From Candidatus Harpocratesius repetitus (GTDB lineage: Archaea; Asgardarchaeota; Lokiarchaeia; Sigyniarchaeales; Promethearchaeaceae), in contig JAIZWK010000001.1 of the NCBI GenBank assembly GCA_021498095.1, forward strand, positions 990,001-1,022,000: a stretch of 32,000 nucleotides of DNA, in the 5' to 3' direction. Below are positions 1 to 7,375 of this stretch, in pieces; position 1 is the stretch's first letter; every line of letters starts with the position of its first letter. A program made the position numbers and the translations under genes. Under the pieces are notes generated by a model. That model did no database searches. It was not told the DNA's origin and worked only from the letters and a program-made list of their open reading frames with translations.

Positions 1-1
1 T

Positions 2-304
2 AAATTTTGTGAAAGTGAGATAAAAAGATTAATATTCTGGCCAATTTCAGGACTCCCTTTTGTTAATGATCGACCTAAAATAACAGCTTTATTTATTTAT
101 AATGCTTATCTTTCAAGATCGAATCAATTTGAAGTTAGTAAATCGATGCTGTATGACATTGTACTATTCGGATGGTATCAGGCAATTTTTAATCGGTTTT
201 TGGAAGAAGATTGGGATATTTTTTTAAAACTCTTAGATGTTATTGATATTGAAAATCATATCCGAATTGCTGGAAAAGTGAAAGCCATACCAATAATAGA
301 ATAA
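2..304 (+). CDS. 3' end of a hypothetical protein entering from the left edge (partial)
   Basis: Frame 2 is stop-free from base 2 to TAA at 302-304 (KFCESEIKRLIFWPISGLPFVNDRPK...GKVKAIPIIE*). It is missing from the ORF track because it has no start in the window. Confidence 0.55.
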   Translation, partial: KFCESEIKRLIFWPISGLPFVNDRPKITALFIYNAYLSRSNQFEVSKSMLYDIVLFGWYQAIFNRFLEEDWDIFLKLLDVIDIENHIRIAGKVKAIPIIE

Positions 305-310
305 AAAATA

Positions 311-736
311 ATGAGAAGTGAACATCTAATGGATATAATACCGAAAATTTTTGCTTTATCTGCTTTAATAATTGCAATGCCGTTATTTTGGCCGGTGCTT
401 TTGTTTCTATATAAATATGGAGATGAAATAATTATAGCAACATTATTGGGTCCAAATCCTGAAAAGCCATAAAAGCATAAAGAGACAATATCAATGAGCA
501 GTATATATATAGAAAATATAGGGTGTCTTTTCACAACTGTAAGTATAGTGTTAAGTGCAATGACAACTGTATTTTTTTCATCTGTTTATTTAATTTTTAA
601 ATTTGATTTTCTGTCGCTTCAAAATGAAATTCAAGGTTTTTTTGCATTCACTATTTGTATTATTTTATTCTTTGTGATAGATGTGGTTGTTATCAATTTT
701 TTATGGTATAACACAGGTAATCATAATTTAGTCTAA
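311..736 (+). pseudogene. Small multi-TM membrane protein, apparently split by one in-frame TAA (470-472)
   Basis: ATG 311..472 (53 aa, one hydrophobic segment) and ORF 494..736 (80 aa, two hydrophobic segments) are in the same frame. Only one stop separates them (GPNPEKP*KHKETISM). Confidence 0.45.
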
Positions 737-976
737 TCTTTTTTTTTATATTTTTCCAAACTTTTTTAATCGATGTAAATTTCTCGCATAAGGACAAGAA
801 GAATTAAGGTTTAAAAAATCTCAAAAAAATTTCATGTATATTATGTTCTCCTCTTGAAAAGTAAAATGAATAAAATCCAATTTAATCGCTTGTTTACTGG
901 AAATCTTGATTGATTTTGCTGAAAGAATACCATTTTTTATAGAACAATAAATTATCTACTTCTTTCTAAAAAAATT

Positions 977-1921
977 TTAAACATATGGATCAGGAAGTAT
1001 TACATATTTAATAAAACCGTAAGAAGTATCTTCTATCTGTTGATTGAATCGGAGATACAATTTAGTTTTGGTCTGATCGAATCCATATGCGATTCCTATA
1101 TTAAATCCTTTTATTCTCATATCATTCACTAATTGTCCAATAAGTTCATCCATTGCGGTATTATTTTCGATTTTTTTAATTTCTATTGCTAATTTATCAT
1201 CTATAGTGATATCTATATGAGATCTTCCACATAATCTTGGATGTAATTTAACATTTTGAAAATGTTTCGTTAATTCTTTGACAATTGTAGGATTTATTCC
1301 AGTATCTTCATTAGGTAATTCATTTGGAAATAGATCTTTTATTGGGAGATCATTCAAAATTTTAGCCACTTTATTTAATAATGGATCTATAAAGTTAGGT
1401 ATTTCTAATCCTTTCTTTCTCCTATCCGAAATTAACATCTGAATTCCCTTTTGAGAACCAATGTCTTGAAATCTCTCTTGACTGCTTTTAGCAATTCTTT
1501 CAAAAATACTTCTTAACACAGGAGATTCTGATTTTTTTATGTCTTCAAGGATTTCATGAAGAATGTGAAGCGATTTTTGATAAGTTCGATAACATTCATT
1601 ATAAGAATTTGTATTTACTAAATCATTTTGCAATTCAGGAATATCTTGCCATTTTTTAAGCAAGATCAAAATTCCTGATGGAAGATCTGACTCATATTCT
1701 TTTATATCATTTTTCAGCTGTCTGCAGTGTTTATTTATAGTTTCAACAGTATCAGAAATTAAATATATAAGATCTTCAATAATTTTCCAAGTAGGTTCAC
1801 ATGAATGTTTTTTAGCATATTTTTTCTCATAATTGCCAAATAAATTAAATAATTCATTAAATAGCAATTTGACTTTTCTAAACACTTTTTTTTCTATTTC
1901 GATTCGAATTTTATGCTGCAA
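977..1921 (-). CDS. PD-(D/E)XK (restriction-endonuclease-like) nuclease with helical N-terminal region; probably the C-terminal part of a fusion with 2008..3138
   Basis: The C-terminus GRSHIDITIDDKLAIEIKK...DELIGQLVNDMR...AYGFD has the D...E-x-K motif and resembles DpnII/MboI-type REase domains. The start is only TTG, and the frame stays open upstream to 2017. Confidence 0.7.
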   Translation of the reverse strand: MQHKIRIEIEKKVFRKVKLLFNELFNLFGNYEKKYAKKHSCEPTWKIIEDLIYLISDTVETINKHCRQLKNDIKEYESDLPSGILILLKKWQDIPELQNDLVNTNSYNECYRTYQKSLHILHEILEDIKKSESPVLRSIFERIAKSSQERFQDIGSQKGIQMLISDRRKKGLEIPNFIDPLLNKVAKILNDLPIKDLFPNELPNEDTGINPTIVKELTKHFQNVKLHPRLCGRSHIDITIDDKLAIEIKKIENNTAMDELIGQLVNDMRIKGFNIGIAYGFDQTKTKLYLRFNQQIEDTSYGFIKYVILPDPYV

Positions 1922-2007
1922 AATATTGATTTTTAATTCTTCTTTTTCTTCTTCCGAAGTACTAACCGTAATCGCTTTTTCGTTGTAAATAATTACTTTT
2001 CTGGAAT

Positions 2008-3138
2008 CTATTTTTTTTTATAATATTTAATTAAATTAACATAAACGGAATGAATCCATTGGGTTAATAATGAAAAGAAAAATGTTGATGAATTTTTTTT
2101 TTTTATTATTTTGTATACTTTTTCAAATAAATCAAGTAATTTTTCAGATATTACAGGGCAATAAAATGAAATTTGCTCGATATTTTTTAAAACATCTTGG
2201 ATTAAATTTGGTTTATAAATTATCGAATCTGGAGGTAATTCCAAACTCTCATATGTGATAAATCTTTCAAGAATTGGAGAATAAAACTCAATATAACGAT
2301 CCATAGATTTTTGCGTAAGTTTTGCTTTACATGTAATATAAGTAAGGCATCTTAGAATACTCGATTTTAATCCAATATCATTAATTATATTAAATTCAGA
2401 AATTAAATCTACAATCCAATTATCACTATATTTCTCATATTCATATAACAACCAAGATAATCCTTCAAGATAATGGGTTTTTGCAGAGATATTTTTTAAT
2501 TTTTTATAATTTAGCACCAAATTATTTATTAAATTATGATTCCATTCTAATTTTTGATTATTTCTTGAAAAACGTAAATAACATTCACCTAATAATTTTA
2601 TTGAATAACATTTAATACATTCATCATCTTTTTCAAAGCATAATTTTAAGATTTGATTAATGTAAGGTTTAAACAGCTTAAACCATTGGGTACTATATCT
2701 ATCTAATACTGCTAAAGAAAAACAAATTAAATAATTCTCTTTTGACGCTAAATTGTCAAAAAGAGCATTACAAAATTCAGAATCTTCAAGAGAGAATAAT
2801 AAAGGATTATATCGAATTATATGTAAAGCCATTAGATTATTTCTTAAGTTTTTACTATAAAGGTTTATTTTTATAAAATCATATAAAATTTTTTTTAAAT
2901 TTGATTTATTATTAGCGCCAAAAATCATAAAAAGATGTCCTATAAAAATCGGAACTGAATTTTCAGGAAAAGGATCATTGCTATATAAATCTTGAATTTC
3001 CTCCAAGATATTATTTCTAAATTCAGAATTTTTGGAAATTTCTTTTCGGATTTTATCTAATTTTTCTTGAGTTTCGAGAATAATAACATTTTTAGATTTT
3101 TCTAAATATTCATTATAGATTTTTTGAAAAATTTGCAT
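2008..3138 (-). CDS. Alpha-helical (HEAT/ARM-like solenoid) hypothetical protein
   Basis: 376-aa ORF with ATG preceded by GGATGA. It has repeated amphipathic Leu/Ile-rich helices (FSLAVLDRY, YSIKLLGECY, YLEGLSWLL, ILRCLTYI) and no enzyme motif. Confidence 0.65.
   Translation of the reverse strand: MQIFQKIYNEYLEKSKNVIILETQEKLDKIRKEISKNSEFRNNILEEIQDLYSNDPFPENSVPIFIGHLFMIFGANNKSNLKKILYDFIKINLYSKNLRNNLMALHIIRYNPLLFSLEDSEFCNALFDNLASKENYLICFSLAVLDRYSTQWFKLFKPYINQILKLCFEKDDECIKCYSIKLLGECYLRFSRNNQKLEWNHNLINNLVLNYKKLKNISAKTHYLEGLSWLLYEYEKYSDNWIVDLISEFNIINDIGLKSSILRCLTYITCKAKLTQKSMDRYIEFYSPILERFITYESLELPPDSIIYKPNLIQDVLKNIEQISFYCPVISEKLLDLFEKVYKIIKKKNSSTFFFSLLTQWIHSVYVNLIKYYKKK
2011..2019 (-). other. 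A9 homopolymer (possible -1 slippery site, phase-variable tract or indel) at the ORF junction
   Basis: The minus strand reads TAT TAT AAA AAA AAA TAG. One extra A (or a -1 shift) reads K-I-D-S-R-K-V-I-I-Y-N-E-K... without stops into the nuclease ORF. Confidence 0.6.
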
Positions 3139-3194
3139 TTTTATTCATCCTTTTTTTTCCATATTTGTTAGTCATCTATATTTTATTTTTTTTT

Positions 3195-3202
3195 TTGGAT
3201 AT
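3195..3202. repeat. Target-site duplication TTGGATAT (left copy)
   Basis: Identical to 4759-4766 and directly abuts the TIR. Confidence 0.9.
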
Positions 3203-4758
3203 CATTTACTATGTAATTGATCCCTTTTCTTCTAATTAATTGTTGTGGATATAATCACCTCGTAATCTTTCCTCATTCTTCATGAATTTGTAGATAAATA
3301 TAATGGATACCTATGATTTGAGCACATTCCAAGAAATTCACATAATTCCAACTCATTTTCATGTGAATTGTTTTTCTTTATTACATAACGTTGTACTTGC
3401 CAAATATTGTACAAAAAGCACCGTGTACCCATTATATTGAGCCGACTATTCCGATCTTGAATCTTTTGAACAAGTCCTAATCGATTCATTTCACGAAATG
3501 CAATTTCAATATACCAACGTTGACGATAGAGATCTCGGATGTAAATTTCATTACCGTGTAAGGTAGAAACTCCAGATCTGGCTCCGAACATTACGATTAA
3601 GGGAAAGATACGATTAGTAGCGGTGTGAACATCAATCAATTTCTTCCGAAAATCAGAAATAATTTCGTTGAGTTTATATGTTCGTTTTGCAATTAATAGA
3701 AGATCGAAATTAATGAATGAAAACCCCTGATTCTTCACGTATTTTTCCTTCATTGTTCCTTTACAATACCTTTTTCCCTTTCCATTCAAGTAATTTAAAA
3801 TTTTTTGCTTAGTTTGAGCGCATTTTCTTCCCGGCATTATTAATGTTACTTGTTTTGCTTGAAAATATCTTAAAATTCGTTTACGATAAAATCCTCGGTC
3901 TAGAAGCAAATACTTAACTGTGAATCCATTTGAAATCAGAATATGATAAATTTCTTGAAATATGATAAGTTTATCTTGTCTTTTTTTGATCTTAAAATTT
4001 GCAAGCATTTGGTGAAGTTCTCCAGAAATAATAGAAAAACTAAGAGTCCGATGAACTGTTTTACCTATCTTTTTTCCAAAACAATATGGATCATCTATGT
4101 TTTTCTTACAAGGAACATCAGTATAATCCGCGATTAGTTTTAGGTCGGTACCAACAATGTTCAGAGATTTCAGAAGCAAAAGGTGGGCTAAAAGAACAGA
4201 ATTCCAAAATTCTTCAACTAAATCCAACTTTGATAGTGTTTGAAGACAACGGGAAAAAGCGGGTTGATCAGGGAAATATCTTCGTTGTTTTCCATTTGAA
4301 AAATTTGTAATTGAGTATGATTGAAATGAAATTTGGGCATGAAAACACTTTTCTTGTAAAATTTCAGCTGTATGATGTGGTGAAAGTCTTAAAATTTGCA
4401 TACAACATGCAAATAAAACGAAGATGGTGTAGGAAAATCCACTTCGTTTCTGAGGCAATTTTTGGGAAATCACAGGATCTATCACTTTCACAATATCTAA
4501 AAGTAACTGCGGATTAATTAGATCGGGAGTAATTTTTCCAATATCGGTGGCAGCCGATGGATTTCCCCTAAGATTTGTAGACATATCCAAGGGTAAGAAA
4601 GCTTAGCTTTTAAATTATTCCCTTTATCTCTTGAAATAATTATGTGTTTCTCCAATGAAATGAGATTGAAAGTGTATCAAAGAAGTTGAACAAGAAATCG
4701 GGTTTTATCATGATTTCAAGCTCAGAAAAGGCATAAAAAACCAATTACATTGTTAATG
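3203..4758 (-). mobile_element. Intact insertion sequence, IS4 superfamily (IS4/ISH3-like), 1556 bp
   Basis: 17-bp imperfect TIRs CATTTACTATGTAATTG (3203-3219) and CATTAACAATGTAATTG (revcomp of 4742-4758), matching at 15/17. 8-bp direct repeat TTGGATAT at 3195-3202 and 4759-4766. A DDE transposase lies inside. Confidence 0.92.
3280..4584 (-). CDS. DDE transposase, IS4 superfamily
   Basis: LIADYTD (D1), LLLDRGFY (D2), YRQRWYIEIAFR (Y-R-E motif). The ATG at 4584 is preferred over the TTG at 4590 because it aligns with the ATG of the second copy at 14835. Confidence 0.9.
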   Translation of the reverse strand: MSTNLRGNPSAATDIGKITPDLINPQLLLDIVKVIDPVISQKLPQKRSGFSYTIFVLFACCMQILRLSPHHTAEILQEKCFHAQISFQSYSITNFSNGKQRRYFPDQPAFSRCLQTLSKLDLVEEFWNSVLLAHLLLLKSLNIVGTDLKLIADYTDVPCKKNIDDPYCFGKKIGKTVHRTLSFSIISGELHQMLANFKIKKRQDKLIIFQEIYHILISNGFTVKYLLLDRGFYRKRILRYFQAKQVTLIMPGRKCAQTKQKILNYLNGKGKRYCKGTMKEKYVKNQGFSFINFDLLLIAKRTYKLNEIISDFRKKLIDVHTATNRIFPLIVMFGARSGVSTLHGNEIYIRDLYRQRWYIEIAFREMNRLGLVQKIQDRNSRLNIMGTRCFLYNIWQVQRYVIKKNNSHENELELCEFLGMCSNHRYPLYLSTNS

Positions 4759-4766
4759 TTGGATAT
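4759..4766. repeat. Target-site duplication TTGGATAT (right copy)
   Basis: Identical to 3195-3202 and directly abuts the TIR. Confidence 0.9.
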
Positions 4767-5038
4767 ACCCAAATAATCAATTTTTATCTTGTATCTTTGA
4801 TACAAATTATATAAATAATCTTTTTTAATACTAATTTTGCGATTTTTTAAACAATGCCTTAGCTGGAGTAGGTCCACCGTGACCTTGAAAATCGAATAAA
4901 TTAGAATCAAATTTAAAAATCAGTGGTATTTAGGTTGAAAAAAAGATTAAAAAATAAATATCCTCAATATAATGTAAGATTTTTAATAAATAGAAAAAAA
5001 TAATTTATATTATTAATTATCTTGATTATTAGAAATAT

Positions 5039-5605
5039 TCAATTATTATTCTCTAATATAATTCCAAATGTCTGTGCCATCTTTTTTAAAATCCTTTTTG
5101 CAGTAATATCTAGTTTTTCTGCTTCTTTTTCGCTTATTCTCTCTAATTCTTTATTAGTAAAATTCAAAATGTCATACTTGATATATTCCTCTAAATCCAT
5201 CTGATCTGCCTGATCTAAAATAAATTTTGAATGGATATTCAGTTTGGCCTCGTTTTTTATGGATTTTTCTTTTTTCTTTTCATAGTTGGTAGATTGATTT
5301 AAAGAATAGAGTAAAAATAGCGGGTTAAATGCTTGAAAGAAGGCATCTTTACCAGAAAAATGAACTTTCAGAGTTTTTTTTGGAGGTAGAGAATGAGCGG
5401 ATATAGTTTCAATCCAGTCTTTCTTAACCAGACATTCAATATGATAATAGAAAGTTTTCTTATTTCGAAAATAAGCAGGGAATAAAGAGGAAAGTCGTGT
5501 GAAGAATTTTTGATATTGGATGCCTTTAGAATAAGGTACTAAACTTCCTAATATTAAATATTGATGAATCTTTAAATAGGGAGATTTTTCTTGATTTTGA
5601 TCCAT
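5039..5605 (-). CDS. Winged helix-turn-helix (PadR-like) putative transcriptional regulator
   Basis: TFYYHIECLVKKDWIETI...KKTLKVHFSGKDAF resembles the PadR recognition helix and wing (YxxLxxLxxxGxI...KxYxLTxxG). It has an additional acidic helical C-terminus. Confidence 0.55.
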   Translation of the reverse strand: MDQNQEKSPYLKIHQYLILGSLVPYSKGIQYQKFFTRLSSLFPAYFRNKKTFYYHIECLVKKDWIETISAHSLPPKKTLKVHFSGKDAFFQAFNPLFLLYSLNQSTNYEKKKEKSIKNEAKLNIHSKFILDQADQMDLEEYIKYDILNFTNKELERISEKEAEKLDITAKRILKKMAQTFGIILENNN

Positions 5606-5912
5606 TTTCTTATATCACCCGAAATTATTTTCTCATATTACAAGAATTTAATTTCTCATAATATCAGAAATTATTTTCTTATAAAACAAGAAATCGGTAT
5701 TATAAAAATCAATAATTATAAAAAACAATAGAAAAAAAAAGAAGTAGATATAATATCAATATTCAAATTATTATTCTAATTTTTGAGTAATTACTAAATA
5801 GTCTAAGAAAAAAAAATCAAAAAAAGAATTTTCTCATTTTTATTCTATATATTTTTTTTTAAACTTTGATGTATTTTTTGTTCATTAAAATACTTTTATC
5901 ATTCTCTCGATT

Positions 5913-6354
5913 ATGGTATCTCAAATTAAAACAAATATAATATCACATTTTACCAACCCTGCTGAAATTCCCAAACAAAAATTTGAATATCCTTCAGTGA
6001 AGGATATAGATGAGATCGTTGAAAAACACGACCCTCAAGGCAACTATATAGGATTAAAGTCGAAAAAGCGAATTGTTCAAACCAATTTTTACCGCTTTTC
6101 GACTTATGAAGAAGCAGAAGCGATTGCCAAAATTTTTAATACAGTTAATTAAGGAACCTTACCATATCCAGAAATGTAGGATCTGGCTTTTGTTTACGCG
6201 AGTTTCAGAGACTCACCTTATTCTGGTGTTTGTAATCATTAAGATTTCGATTGCTGATGAAGCATATCAGGCTGATGGTAAACAAATCCATGATTTGAAA
6301 GTAAGTATATTACTGCTGATGAATATAAATACACCTATTTCACTATATATTTGA
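5913..6354 (+). pseudogene. Short hypothetical ORF or degraded gene remnant
   Basis: The 79-aa ORF 5913..6152 is followed in frame by protein-like text broken by stops (GTLPYPEM*DLAFVYASFRDSPYSGVCNH*). No family was recognised. Confidence 0.3.
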
Positions 6355-6397
6355 AATAATAAGGGATGCAATTCAATGGTTAATTTTTGAAAAAATA

Positions 6398-7375
6398 TTA
6401 ACTTTTCCTTAATTCTTTTTCTTTAAACATATGTAATGGAATACCTTTAACTTTCACGATTTTTTTTTGTCTATTTGAGAGTTTTTGATATAGCTTTTTG
6501 TTTATACAAATATGTGTTCTTTTTGGAATAAAATGATCTTTGTGAATTATTCCAATTGCTTTTAATGGATTATTTGTCCAATTTTTTAATTTTTCGATAA
6601 AGTCAAAAGTGCATTTTATTTTTTCTTTTAGAGATTTAAATTTTGAATTACTTTTTGCTTCAATAAAAATCACTTCCTTATTTGAATGAATTGTAACTAA
6701 ATCTACTCGATGCTTATCTACTATTTTATTTTTTTCCATCTCTTTTTTGATGTGTTCATCACAGAAAGCTTCAATATTCGTAAGATATTTGTATTGAATG
6801 AGATTTTCATCTAAAAAATATTTTAAAATTCTACAATAAAATTCAATTTTTTCTGTTTTTCCTTTTTTTGATCGTGGAAACTGATTCATTTCTTTTTTTA
6901 CTATTTTTTTCCAGAAATTAATCAATAACTTCTGTAACGATTTAATTTCACTAATAATTTCCAAATTTGCACACTGATTTTTCAGTGAACATGAATTAGT
7001 ACAAATCAATTTGGTCGGACTACTTTGTGAATAAGTTAAAAGGATAGTAAAAGGTTCATTAATAAATTCAAGCAAAAACCCATGTAGAAAAATTAGGAAT
7101 TTATCATCATCTTCAGGAAGGTTTATTGAGCATGGTTTTAATTCTGTTGAATATTTTTTTTTTTTAATAAATCTTATTAAATTAAAATTTATTCTTGAAT
7201 AAAAAGCAGAATAATGATCTGGGTTATCTTCATATATTTTTGAAAGAATCAAATCATAATATTCATCAGATACATATATGTAAATACAATATTCACTAAT
7301 ATAATTTATCCATTCTTCAAGTGAAGAATTTTTATTGACATCAAAAAAACCAGGTATAACAGTTGCATTAATCAT
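6398..7375 (-). CDS. Putative effector: degenerate PIN-like N-terminal domain plus C-terminal PD-(D/E)XK nuclease
   Basis: The C-terminal HRVDLVTIHSNKEVIFIEAKS has the D...E-x-K motif. The N-terminal IYVSDEYYDLI and PEDDDKFLIF...ILLT recall PIN-fold elements. The start overlaps the ATPase stop by 8 nt. Confidence 0.65.
   Translation of the reverse strand: MINATVIPGFFDVNKNSSLEEWINYISEYCIYIYVSDEYYDLILSKIYEDNPDHYSAFYSRINFNLIRFIKKKKYSTELKPCSINLPEDDDKFLIFLHGFLLEFINEPFTILLTYSQSSPTKLICTNSCSLKNQCANLEIISEIKSLQKLLINFWKKIVKKEMNQFPRSKKGKTEKIEFYCRILKYFLDENLIQYKYLTNIEAFCDEHIKKEMEKNKIVDKHRVDLVTIHSNKEVIFIEAKSNSKFKSLKEKIKCTFDFIEKLKNWTNNPLKAIGIIHKDHFIPKRTHICINKKLYQKLSNRQKKIVKVKGIPLHMFKEKELRKS

Noticed and set aside
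2-304. Fic/Doc motif in GLPFVNDRPKITA
   Set aside because: It only loosely resembles HPFxDGNxR; the His and the GN residues are absent.
256-534. Minus-strand 92-aa ORF
   Set aside because: It is the antisense shadow of the plus-strand membrane ORF(s) 311..736; no independent support.
4722-4910. 62-aa minus-strand ORF
   Set aside because: It straddles the IS end, so it is a chimera of flank and element sequence.
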